Below, piece by piece: positions 25,901-38,700 of a stretch of 64,000 nucleotides of DNA. Position numbers and translations under genes: made by a program. This DNA comes from Phoronis australis (Eukaryota; Animalia; Phoronida). The notes below the pieces were generated by a model, which searched no databases, was not told where the DNA came from, and saw nothing but the letters and a program-made list of their open reading frames with translations. The stretch's first letter is position 1. Every line of letters starts with the position of its first letter. Location: positions 82,573-146,572 of the forward strand of contig NMRA01000785.1 in the NCBI GenBank assembly GCA_002633005.1, in the 5' to 3' direction.

Positions 25901-28900
25901 CATACTAGCACACACCCGGAAATCACGTATATCCAGGTTCCAATTCCTTCCCTCGCATACATACGCTACTACGACCTCCTATTAAATGAAAAGCAGAGTA
26001 TTAATGTAAGCCACACATCAAACCTCACCTATAGTCAGGTTCTTGAAAGTCTTTGATATCTGACATATTGACTATGTATCCATGGCTGAATCTGTAACAG
26101 AATACAATGTTGAATTGATGTCAACAATTTAGGATACACATATGGGACGCAGGGACTAACTGTTCCTCGTCCATTCAAATAAGTTGGAAAAAATCAATGG
26201 TCTGTCAACTTCTGTTCCGCAATACTATTAAAACATGGACGGATTGACACTTTAATTTCAAAGACCTGGAAAATGGAAATGGCATTTTTACCAATGTTTC
26301 AATTGATGAAACCTCCCTTAGTGTAACCAGTATTACTTGCTGGTTCATGAGTAATTGATTACATTTACTTGATAGAAACTTGTACACAATGGCTACTCAT
26401 GAACATTAGACTTCTTAATACAAATGACTGAAAGAACAACAAGAAACCCCAGGTTTAGAATCTGACGCCATGGACTGACAGATAGGGAGAACTGTTCAAC
26501 TGTTTGAACTAAAGACCTCTAAGTCCAAAATTTACCAGTAGGGACAACAAAATCCTAGTGGCCAAAGGGAAAACTAACCGGCACTTGTCTTCCTCATAAC
26601 GACATTTTCCCTCCAGGAAATATGGACAGACAACCATGGACTGGTGTGTGGGGTAGCAGAATACGACACGGAGCTGGACAAAAAGCATAGAATCATACGA
26701 AAGCAGCAAAAAATTTAAGAGTTCGATTCGATTTAATGTCAGTGGCCAAAACAAAGACATAGTCTGCCAACGATAATATGCTCAATGTATGACCACTGCA
26801 ATTGAGTGCATGGGCTGACAAAGCTCCTACTTTAGACAACACGGCATATTGGATATTCCAAGGCAAAGAGCAGAAATTTTGAATATAAATCTAAAAAAGA
26901 GCATAGTATAACTTTTTGGGAGTTTAACACAAATCTGGTTCACGCAAGTCCGACTTATGCAAGTTTAATATGTAAAAATACAATTTGGAATTTTGGAACA
27001 CATATGAGTTGGACATCATTTAAAAAATCATTCCCCTACATACACAACTTTAAAGTGATTCAACAAAAATAGCAATTAATTATTTTTATTTGAGTATTAG
27101 CATTGTGACTATTGTACAAGAATTGGACATACAATGTAGTTCACCATAGAATTAAATCAACGAAAATTCTGGCACACCTATAAATAACTGACAATTCCTA
27201 ACATAACCTTCAACTCACCTTTGGTATCGAAGATTCCTTAGTGATAGGTTCTAAACTAAGCACCAGGGCATTGTGGTACTTCATGTGTCCCCAGTCATAC
27301 GAGTGAGGAGCCCGGCATTTCATTCCTGCCACTTGTTCACTGTGAGACAAATAGTCATCACTGGCCTCTCCCTCTAACGAGTGTAAATCACCAGTCACGG
27401 AAGATGTGCCGGGGGGATTATCACACGTAGAGTTGTCACTAACCACCGGTGACTCTTCAGCTATGGCCGCCTAATAAAGAACAAGAATTGTCTAAAGATG
27501 TTGCACTGGAGTCTAGTTAATGCAGCAGTCAATGGTAGGTCAAAGGTCGCCATACCCAGCATCTATATCAAGCAATGACTAATGAGTATATATTTGACAA
27601 CAGTGAACAGTTAAGGAAAGCATTTTGACAATATGAACAAGAATTATTCAGTCGATTGTCAAGTTCACATTAATGAAACAGGACTATTTTAAGTGGACTT
27701 TAACAACATGTACAATGAACACTTTAACCTGAAATGCAGCAAATTCCTGATCCATGCTGCTACTGGCACCTGGTGCGGAGACATTATCAAGTTCCCGCAA
27801 CAGGTTGCTTTTCTTCAATGACAAAAGACTACTCTCTGTCAGCTGTATGAGTTCCAGCAAATCATTCTTTAGCTGTACAAGATCCTGGCTGTTCTCTGTC
27901 CCTGACGCTAACAAAGCCGTCTCCACTTGAACCAGCTGGAAATTGTGAAAGTCACTTTATTACGTACATGTACTAGTACTGAGAATATGTTAATGTGAAA
28001 ACTAGCAAAGACGGGGACTGGGAGTGCTAGACACGAGGGGGATGGTTATACCATGGTGACAGAGTCAGAGGGGGGGNGTACAGCTAGATTGAATGTTTGG
28101 ATGATGTAATGTGTTAATGATCCTTAAAAGATGGAGAAAACATTGTATCAATATTGAGGTATCACGTTGTAAATTCTTATCGTGAGCCAAAATCAGGCCA
28201 TTCTGGGTTATTTAATTTTGATTAGCTTAGGATTGGAGGACCTGTCCCATTTTCAGATCCAAATTGCTTGACAGCGAAGTTAGGGTAATAGCCTGAAAAA
28301 CGTGCCTGATTTTTGAGAACCATTTTTTTCACTGAATAACGGGCATCAAATTGGTTCTCAAAATACGGGCATGTTATATCGGACTTTTGCCCGAAGCTAA
28401 TCTGATTACACGTAGGCCTAGCGGTCTCGGTAGCCAGCCAGCTAGCTGTATGAAGACTGTTGTCCAAATACAGTTAGGTACCACTGTGTGCATTTCTTCC
28501 ATAGGTCCCAAAATTGCACACAGCCACAGTAGTTCGATCTACTCGTCACCTTGCCGTGAAACCTGTAAGCTAAACACCGGACGGTGTGCATGCAAAATCT
28601 GGAAGTCAACAGACACTCACCTTGCCCATTACAGCCATTTAGGTGAAAAACAATGCAATAAAATTCATTTTCATGTGCAACTCTCCGATTTTTCTAACAA
28701 TCAAAAGTATGTCGTCGTTTTAAAAACAGTACGCTCGTGTCACGCGCATATGTCATTCTCTAAATTTTGCTACATCTCTCGGGAGATGGTGATAGCTTGG
28801 CAGCAGCAAAATTTCTTCTGAAATTCGTTTTTTTGGTATCAAAATTCTCAGGCTAAAAACTTATAATGAAGTGAAATCAGTTCGATAATTTCAAGTTGTT

Positions 28901-29449
28901 GTGATTTATACGCAACCTCGTGAAAGAACAACAGTTGATTGAAGAATCGGGCAAAAATGCACATGGCCAATAGGTGACACAATAATAAAGATCATTCACT
29001 CCACAACTTTAGCAGCAGAATAACGGTAGAACGGGATTTTTTGCAACACCTTTAAATAATTTAGTTTACTCAAGGAAGACTGTAGTTTTTAATGACACAA
29101 ATTTTGCATCAGATTTGATCTTACCACATTTTTACCCACATCGGCGCAAAGCTGTATATTTAGTATACAGCTTTGTACCAAGGCTACGGCATCCTAGCCT
29201 TGATACAAAGCTGTATATATATATAAATATACAGCTGTATTTTGACGACAGTTTTCATACAGCTAGCTGGCTGGCTAGCGGCAGGCACACACACAGACTC
29301 TGAGTCTGACATGTATTTTGTGTTCGTGAAAGATAGAATCATAAACACCTGAATTGCACATTGCTAGCTCTAACCAGCTCTCAACTATACTAATAACACA
29401 CCTGGCTCTTGTACGTTTCTATAGATAACTCAAGTGATCGCTCATCCAT
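21418..29449 (-). CDS. ZGPAT: Zinc finger CCCH-type and G-patch domain-containing protein (~538 aa, 12 exons)
   Basis: Exons 29449-29402, 27935-27729, 27470-27219, 26673-26579, 26091-26029, 25705-25548, 25119-24956, 24580-24472, 23908-23723, 23254-23142, 22468-22386, 21556-21418. All are GT-AG and phase-consistent, 1617 nt. Motifs: N-terminus MDERSLELSIETYKSQL, CCCH CPYFLEGKCRYEEDKCRFSH, Tudor-like CLARYHDNVWYTARV, G-patch [35 protein letters not shown], C-terminus HKKLTIF. Confidence 0.95.
21948..22085. repeat. Imperfect inverted repeat resembling a Penelope-like element terminus
   Basis: Arms AGTAAAACTAAAACGACGAGCTTCGGTACTAAAATATATTAA / TTAATATATTTTAGTAGCGACGCTCCTCATTTTAGTTCTACT. A related hairpin lies at 54614-54687. 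Confidence 0.45.
22699..23109. mobile_element. Harbinger-like MITE in ZGPAT intron 10, same family as 10624-10852
   Basis: Termini TGCATGAAACAGT...AGGGACTCGACTAAGTTCC and GGAACTTAG...GGGACTGTTTCATGCAATGGGCC. Confidence 0.55.
28431..29277. mobile_element. ~850-bp TIR element in ZGPAT intron 1
   Basis: TIR of ~43 bp: TAGCCAGCCAGCTAGCTGTATGAAGACTGTTGTCCAAATACAG / CTGTATTTTGACGACAGTTTTCATACAGCTAGCTGGCTGGCTA. Confidence 0.75.
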
Positions 29450-29719
29450 TTCTGAATGTGAAATAGACCTATGATTGCCTCAACACAATGCAGCCAGCGC
29501 CGTCTACGGTTGGCGGTCATTATCAAAAAGCATTTCACATTTTATTGAACTGTGCTTTACAGTCCAGTAGGCTACTATGTTTATCAAATAAATTGCTTTA
29601 CTGAAAAAGGAGCAATATATTTGCACAAAAATACACAATACATCCCAAATGGTACCTTAACTTTGGTACTGAAGCGTTTCATACGAAACTGAACCTTTTG
29701 ATTATACGACAGACATATT
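29450..29719. promoter_or_regulatory. Putative bidirectional promoter shared by ZGPAT and C9orf78
   Basis: Only 270 bp separate the two divergent start codons, so both 5' UTRs and promoters must fit here unless non-coding first exons overlap the other gene. Confidence 0.7.
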
Positions 29720-32700
29720 ATGGCGGACACCGAGTCGATGTTCAAACGAAAACGCAAGAATTTTCGCAAAAGACGACACTCTTCTTCAAGCAATTCAGAT
29801 TCCGAGAAAGAAGATGACCTCATGTGAATATGATCTTATATATAAACTCATCCAACTTAGAATTGGTAGCTTTGATCTTTGTTTTCATTAAGAAAATCAA
29901 GGTGGCATTTAGTCTTTTAGACATTATCAGTACGGCGACTGGTATTGGCTTGCATGCCAGTGATGTTATGAAGTCACTAGAGTCGGCTAGCAGTTTTGCA
30001 TTTTCCATAGTTTTGACTATTATATTTACTTGTATCTGAAGTATGAACCACATTCATACTGATGGACTGTTGGATCTATGCTCATCCACATTCAGATTTG
30101 CACACACTGTGTCTGAAATTAACACAATTGTTTAACCGACTTGTACTTCTGCGAATGTCTGGGCACATCCTTCAGGTAACCCTGAGCCAAGAGACATGTT
30201 TTTCCTTTTTAGTTTCTTTATACCGGTACATTTATCTTTCAGCTCAAAACTTGATGATGCCAAAGAACTACAGAAACTGCGTAACAAAGCCCACGGTGTC
30301 AGCGCAGCTAGCTTAGCCCTTGGCAAGAAACTGCAGAAAACAGAAGAAGTCTTGGTTGGGGTAACTGAGCTGATCTGAATTGAGTTCTAGACTCGGTGCA
30401 CATATGCATACTTTGAGCTTATGTCGTTACTTGAACTCTGGGCTTGTCTTGCAAGCTTTTGTTCTTTTCAAACAATAGGATTTAGGCGAAAAGTCATGTC
30501 TTGTATGTACTTCGAATCAGTTTGAAACCCATTACGAAATGAACTGCACCCACCATGACCAATTGTCGTCAGTGTTTTGAACTGTTTTTAAAAGCAACAA
30601 AAATAAGACGCAAGCAAACTTTCATTCACAGGGTTTGCTAAGTTGGCCAGAATCAGCTAGAACTCACTTTTGGTGAATTTGGTTTTCAAAAACTGGGACA
30701 ACTATTTCTTTCCCTAGATGTTTACATTAAATTTTACAGTTCTCAGTGCCAATTAAAGTTTCATGATCCATAGAAAATAGTGCAGTCACTAAGTCCACTG
30801 TATAATCGGTAAGGTAAAATTGCAAGTAAGGTTTTAAATGACACTTTCAGGATGAAATGCATACAAACTCTTTTGTGATGTTTTAGAAATATATCCCCCA
30901 AGCAGGGTATTCAAGATTCCATGTGAAAAACATAGGTATTAATTGTCAACAAAGTTTTTTGAGTGAAGCATATTCCTTTTCATTCTGGGTACACACCTTG
31001 TTTTATGTCTGGTATTTCAAACTCAGATCCTGATTAATTTTTTTAATTAAGTAATACATCAACTCTTGACAGATTACAGCAACTCATTGTATCAATGTTA
31101 ATTCGGCAGATAAGTTATCAACAGGTTTCAAAAATTGAAAGGCATGGCGTCCGGCTAGGGTTTGGTAAATGTGTTGTCCTGCTGTCTGATAATGTCAGTA
31201 AACTGTAGTTATCTCCCTTGTCAGTCAAGATTATCTGGGCAAGCATTCAACTCGCTAGTCTGTGCATTTGACTGCAATTAGGTGACTTACCAAAAGGTGT
31301 AGTTGCAGTGAAAGGGTCAGATTTGTTTCACTTACATATAGGCCTCGAACTGTTATGATCAGTGAGAATAAATTTATCATGTTCACAATGTTACTTTCAC
31401 AATTACATTAACTTATTTTATGAAAATAATTAAGTTGTGTGCAGTGAAAACTTGCGGGGATTAGTTTAGCTGATCTCACAGATTATGACATTTTGCAGTA
31501 AATTGTTTATAGTCGCCTATCAAACATGGTCTGGAGTTTTTATTTCAGAATGACCCTTTCAAGCTTAAAACTGGAGGTTACATTGACATGAAGGCTCTGA
31601 AAGCAAAGGGGACGTAAGTACACGATGTGATGGCTTTGTCATTCAGTTGAGTTCCTTGGTGAGGAATTAAACAAGTATTGATTTGACTGGGTTCAAATGT
31701 GCTACATTTTTATGTCATTTGTTTTTAATGACTTGGACAACATCAGACTCCAAATATTTTTTATCTGACTTTGCTCTCTTAATTAATTAATTGTCTTTCA
31801 AATTTACACTAGAGGGCATCTGTCCGAAACACACGGTGAAGAGTTGTGTTTCAACGTGACAATAGATTCGGTGTGCCTCATTGCCAAACTATAATGATGG
31901 CAGAAAAGTTTGTAGAATTTCACGGAAATATTGTCAGAGTGCAATTTGTAGAATTTTGTGGAAATTTTGCCAAAATGCGAGAACTAGAAAATGCAATTGT
32001 CAGTTAACATGAGTGACGCACCATAGGGGGCCCTGACTTATTTAATTGCTGCACTGCACATGTTTAAAGTTGAACTTGCTCGCTAATTCGATATTTGTGT
32101 GATCGCTTCGACAAATTAGTTTGAAGCACAACACACAGTGACAATGTGAATATGAAGTTGGCTGAAAATTGCCAAATGTTTGTAAGAATGAGTTTTGTGT
32201 ATAAAATGATTAAGTTCTGTAAATCACTCAACCATGTCCAGTAAGTATCGTGACTTGGTGCTGGGGAAAAACACTGCATGGTGTGGGTTATGTGAGCTCC
32301 CAAGGTACGTCATTAGTGCAAAGGTCACCTATTTGCAGAATTTCCTGTTTTCACATTTACAAATTGTCAACGAATTCAACTGCACTTTGTTTAGCATAGA
32401 TAATGTTAAAATAGCATAGTTGTTTAGTTCCTGCTATACGTTAGCATTGTTAGGAGCATGCAAATACATCTTTAAAGTGTAAGTCCTGCTGCATTCTCAC
32501 TTGTGAAGTTTCTTGAATATTTGTGAATGGCTGTTCTGTTGGTCTCATAGCAGGTGTGCAGGTCAGTTGTTTTGTTTTGCCTTTGTAGACGGTTGTCAAC
32601 AGAGGAAGCTGAGGCGATAGGCACGGCATTTGCTGCTGAAACAAACCGCAGGGATGAAGACGCAGACATGTAGGTGGACTCTTCTTTTTGTATCTTAAAT

Positions 32701-35700
32701 GTTGTGTCTTTTCTAAAGAGCAGCTGCTTCTATCTGTGGACTATATGGTGAGTGAACAGTCACATGATCTCAGCCATGAGTCAGAGTCATGTATTATTCT
32801 GACATGCATTTGATGAAACCAGCTAGCAGTGACGAAGTATTCATGTGGACGCATTTCTTTTGCATAAAGTGCAGTTTCAAGTCCCATGTAACACACTGAA
32901 CAATATGGATACGTCTTAGATCTTGATCCAGCGTGCCTACAAAGAATTATTTGCCTTGAAGCTACGTGAATGGTCATCCTTTATTTTTTGGTGTTACGGA
33001 AGTATACAAACTATTCAATATCTGAATGCCAACAGTTGAAATTAAGGTTAATTATGATTTAAGATTTTTTAATCTGTGTTACTTTCTGTGAAGGTTATAA
33101 CACGTCATTTTTGTTATTGGTTACTACAAGGCTTGGAATTTTCCATGGAAACGCGGATTTCCGCTTTTTTCAAATGTTCTGTCCGCGTATTTTATTATAT
33201 TTCCGCGTAAAAAAACGGATTTGATATAAAATTTCCGCGGCAAATTTCTTTCTTACCACGGCGTTGCCGACAACTTTCATCTCGAAAAGCAGAAGTTGCC
33301 CTTTATGTTTCGGAGGAAAGTAAATTGTCAACATTGCTGGGGCATCTCTGGGATAGCGTGGTGGATTTCTTCAATGGCATCTCGTGTGATTGTAAACCTT
33401 GGTGACAAATACTACGACTCTGCAGCCAAAAGAAAATGTGTGGAGGTGGGAGTGGACAGACAAGCTAAAAAAACGCTGACGCACGCTTCCGGAGGTGGTA
33501 CCGGTTTTTTTCTTTTAGTCCTTTCGATTGTTGTCCGCAAAGGTCCACATCGACTAATCGACTATTTCGAGGCTGGGTTTAGGGCCATAAAAAAATACGC
33601 TTTTTTGTCATTGGTCATTCCAAGCCCTATTACTATGACAGTATTTGGCTTTGTGGAGGCAAATCATTTTTTTGTTATTGATTACTGTCGTATGAAAATT
33701 TTGCCTTTGGTTTCAGGTTGAAATATGTGGAAGAAGAACTGGCTAAGAGGAAAGGTGTGTCTTCAGTTAAGGACGAGACCCAGAAGTAAGTCAATGTCAT
33801 GTACTTTAAATGCTTGTACCTGGGACTTAGTAGTGTTAAAGAACTACAGAAGGGAGTGATCGTTTTGGGGGAGAGCGGGTCTGACAGGCATGAATGACCA
33901 AGCAAAGTAAATATTTTTCATGAATGTTTCTACAGTATGTTGGTGGTAGGCATTAGTAAGAATGCTTTCTGAATAACAAGTAGGAGTGTCTTCAGCTTGA
34001 TTGACAGGGAGGTTGGCAACCTTTGTTCTCATTTGTCGAAATTGGAATTTGTTATTGAGTTGACATCATGCTGAGCATTAAGCCCTGTGACCTCTTCTTG
34101 TGTGAGATTTAATCAAGAAAAGCATGTCAGCTAATTGTGTGTTGCTTGTGAAATCTGCCAATTCATTGTGAAGCCTACACTTGCTGGTTCTCAGGCAAAA
34201 GATTGCTGAGGACGCCCTCTATGAACTACCGGAGCACTTACAAGTGAGGTCATCAAAAAAGACAGAGGGCATGCTATCCAATCAGATGTTGTCTGGCATC
34301 CCAGAGGTGGATCTCGGCATTGAGTGAGTAGTCTTGTGATGTTGGCATTGGCTTTAACCATATGGTTCATATATCGTCTAGCTTATGCACTGGCTCGAAA
34401 TCAGAACTATTGGTCTGAGTTCCCTAGATTTAGTAATGTTGAGTAGAACTACTTTAGTGTTGATGCATACTTTGCTTGCATATCTCAGTATCTTGCATGA
34501 TCATGCAGGGAACCTCATAGTATGTTTGTAAACAATGAGTAACTTGTGAGAAGTAACGAGTGTTCTTGACGAATGGATGCTGTTTGAGGGAATAGACTTT
34601 GCAAAAGACGGAAGCTAAATGAAGTTTTGCTCAAGTTGTCATAACTTCAGTGGGAATATGCTCTGGGTTGATTTTCACATGCAGGGCTACATGTACTTAT
34701 GGATGGTTATTGAACAAAGTGGTGATGCCCATCCCCTGCTCAGTTAAGAAACTCACAATAGGTCTGTTCATTTGAGACAAACTTTATATTGAAAGTTATA
34801 GCCTGCTGTTTTTACTCAAGCATGTGATGATGCATGAGCTTCTTTTGCACATAGATTTGTGCAGTAAGCAAATAAATGTAGTTGTGCTTGTCCATTTTGT
34901 CTTCAGGGCAAAAATAAGAAATATCGAGGCAACGGAAGAAGCCAAACAGAGGCTGATCCAGGAACGAATGAGAATGAAGGAGAAAGTGTCAGATTTTGTA
35001 CCAACCAACATGGCCGTCAACTTTGTACAACACAACAGGTGTAAGTAGGAACAATAACAACAACAACAACAACAACAACAACAACGATAACAATTTTAAT
35101 ATCAGTAATAGTAACAATCATGATAATACCAGACCTGTGTACTATACGCGGAAAATGCGGATTCATACGGAAATCAAGCCTCCAGTACGCAAGTACGCAC
35201 GGCCAGGCAAAAATACGCAAATACAAAAGAGATTATTAATTCGCTTGTTTCTCAATAAATACGCCGATTTGTAGTCTAAACGGACGAGGAAGAAGATTTT
35301 AAAGTTAGAAACGAAAAACAAATGATTGCAAAATCATTATTTTAGCCAAAAAGTTGAGTTACAAAGTCGGAAAACGTGCTTCGTTTTATTCTCGAAATAG
35401 CCTGAAAATCGGCGAATCGCGAGGCCCCTTCTATCGGCATGTGTGTCACAGGCCTAACCTATAAGCAACGACTTCTGTGGTTTGTGGATTGGCTTACTTC
35501 ATCTAATTCCAGCTATTTACGGCTAAATACGTACTGTTGACAAAATGGCAAAGAATGTGGTCGCATATTCCGAGCTGTGAAGAAAGTAACTTTTTANGTG
35601 TTTTAAGCAACTGAGGTATAGGATGTGCTTGTATTATGAAGATTACTCACATTTTGCCCCTAGCCCATTGAGAAGACAATGACCATGCCTTTCCATTTTG

Positions 35701-38700
35701 CAAAGTATGCCCTCTACTGGCCACTTTATGGTACCAATAAACAACCCTAGAAGGATACCGTATGCGGTGCAATTGTGGGCGCATTTCAACGCTCCGCGTT
35801 GCTCTTGTATTGAAAGTTATAGCCTGCTGTTTTTACTCAAGCATGTGATGATGCATGAGCTTCTTTTGCACATAGATTTGTGCAGTAACCAAATAAATGT
35901 AGTTGTGCTTGTCCATTTTGTCTTCAGGGCAAAAATAAGAAATATCGAGGCAACGGAAGAAGCCAAACAGAGGCTGATCCAGGAACGAATGAGAATGAAG
36001 GAGAAAGTGTCCGATTTTGTACCAACCAACATGGCCGTCAACTTTGTACAACACAACAGGTGTAAGTAGGAATAATAAAAACAACAACAACAACGATAAC
36101 AATTTTAATATCAGTAATAGTAACAATCATGATAATACCAGACCTGTGTACTATACGCGGAAAATGCGGATTCGTACGGAAATCAAGCCTCCAGTACGCA
36201 AGTACGCACGGCCAGGCAAAAATACGCAAATACAAAAGAGATTATTAATTCGCTTGTTTCTCAATAAATACGCCGATTTGTAGTCTAAACGGACGAGGAA
36301 GAAGATTTTAAAGTTAGAAACGAAAAACAAATGATTGCAAAATCATTATTTTAGCCAAAAAGTTGAGTTACAAAGTCAGAAAACGTGCTTCGTTTTATTC
36401 TCGAAATAGCCTGAAAATCGGCGAATCGCGAGGCCCCTTCTATCGGCATGTGTGTCACAGGCCTAACCTATAAGCAACGACTTCTGTGGTTTGTGGATTG
36501 GCTTACTTCATCTAATTCCAGCTATTTACGGCTAAATACGTACTGTTGACAAAATGGCAAAGAATGTGGTCGCATATTCCGAGCTGTGAAGAAAGTAACT
36601 TTTTACAGAAGGGAACATCTATTGTTGCCACGTTATTCCAAAGAATGACAATGTCTTATTCAAGGGATCGTGGAATTTATACTACAAGTTGTATAGCGTG
36701 TTGTTTTTTGCGGACATGGTGACTGCACTGACTTCGTAGCATGTTGAGCTGATGATAATACTCGAGCCACAGTTGAGCATCGAGGTCTTTTCGCCTGCAG
36801 TACAGTGGTACGTGTTCATAGACACTTGCAATGAGTAATTGTTCAAAACTTTTGTGATTGGTTAAGAAAATATCGTCTGGTGCAAAACTTTGTCCAGTGC
36901 AGATTCATCAACAAATTTTTGCAGATATGTTTTTGTGTTATGAAATGAAGTGTATGTACATGATTAATCATTGGGCATGTGTTAACATAAATATGTTCTG
37001 ACAGTAAGGACATTTGATTAACAGGATCTTTTCACTAATTGTGTTGTCCCTCAACTAAACAACTTAAATTATTCTGAAAATTGGTGATCAAGTCAATGCA
37101 TGTATTTTTGAGGCAGTAAGTAGGAAAAGTACCCATGCATGTATTTAGGGGGGGCTTGAATGAGTCCCTTATTTGGCAAAGTAGGCCAAGAGGTCCTGAG
37201 AGAAACCAAAAGTCTGAGAAAACAAGACAAAAGTTCACTAAAGAGGCAAGAATTCGGTGAAAGCTCTGAACGCTGAAAAAACTTTTTTTCTTTTTTTTAG
37301 TTAGTGGAAGGTCCACTACGAAAAATTCAACCCCCCCCCCCTAATATTTTAGGGTAAATTTGGTCTGTACACCAAAATCTGCAAATTTACTTAAAAATTT
37401 GCAAAACTGGTGTTCAGAGTACTCCAATGAAGTTTTGGTGGTACACAGGTCTGTAATACTTGTCATAATAGCAATGATTTTTGCAAACGACATGCAAGTT
37501 TTGAGACATCCAGTTGAGGTTGCGTCCATCTCTCACGCACTTCAGCGTGGCTAGTGGTGTAATTATTGTTCTGGCCAATAGATGGCGTCTTAACCAGACG
37601 ACGCAGCATTGAGGTGAAGACACTATCCCATTAGAGAAGTGTGGCTGATGGAACCTTAATCCACCTTTTCTCACCCCTCCTGAACTAATCTTTCTCACCG
37701 TCTAGGATAGTTACATCATCAGTATTAAAGTTATGTCAGGTGGTGCGTAAGGGGCTTAAAATTGCCGAGCCCTATGTGTCCCTATTAGTAGGGAGAGGAG
37801 GGTATGATGTACACATTTTTAAGGACTGTTTTGTTGCACCTATAGCTTTGATCACTGTGGGTCCTTAGGCTGAACATGATAGACTGCACATAATTTATTA
37901 CCCTTAGGAGTCTTAACGCTATGATAATATGATTAAGAGTTTATGATTTTATGATCAATTTGGTACTTACAGTTTTTAAATCCAATATGTCTGATCTGCC
38001 CAATATATTTCAGTTAACATAGAGGACACTGCACCCCTGTTGAAAGTCACCAGTAAGGAATCGCCAAAGCCTAAACCTCTGAGAGTTGGAGATTCCGAAA
38101 TAGTCCTTGAAAGTAAGTACTTTTATAGGGATAAATGAGACCTCATGCTTTTTATATCTTGTGAAAAAGTATGTGGTGTTAATATGATCCACTGGTTATA
38201 TCAAAATGATTTTGAATTGAGTCTATTTTACACTCGAAGCTTGTTTGATGTTTTTTCACTGTGTACACTGATTAATCAGCAGATCCTATTCACTGAAGTG
38301 ATGAGGTACAGTCCCACTATAGCACCAAGCAGCTCTTTGGTAGGAGTATGATAGTGTTATATTTTGCAAGATCACGGGATGGTGACATCACAACATGTGG
38401 TTTGGGCTGTTGATGCTTGTGGTGCTAACTAGAAGACTATAAGTGACAGGTAAACATAACGCTTTGAGCCTGCAGCTCAGTCATGTGAACTAGTCATGTG
38501 AACAAGTCATGTGAACTAGTCATGTGAACAAGTCATGTGAACAAGTCATGTGAACAAGGGCCTGGGCTGGAGGCTCGAAACGTTATGTTTACCTAACTTA
38601 TGGTCTTCTAGTCTTCTCTGGTCTTTCCTAAGCATTTTATCCTTAAACACCACGTTTCGCTTGACTGACGATCAACAATCTTTCCATAAATCACTGGAAA

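Noticed and set aside
34996-35274. Poly-Asn ORF
   Set aside because: It is a (CAA)n microsatellite in intron 7 of C9orf78.
35928-36061. Mutually exclusive duplicate exon 7 of C9orf78
   Set aside because: It differs by only one silent change and sits in an N-joined duplication; likely a haplotype artefact.
38479-38556. CRISPR-like array (also 49230-49393)
   Set aside because: The units are contiguous with no unique spacers, there are no cas genes, and the context is eukaryotic.
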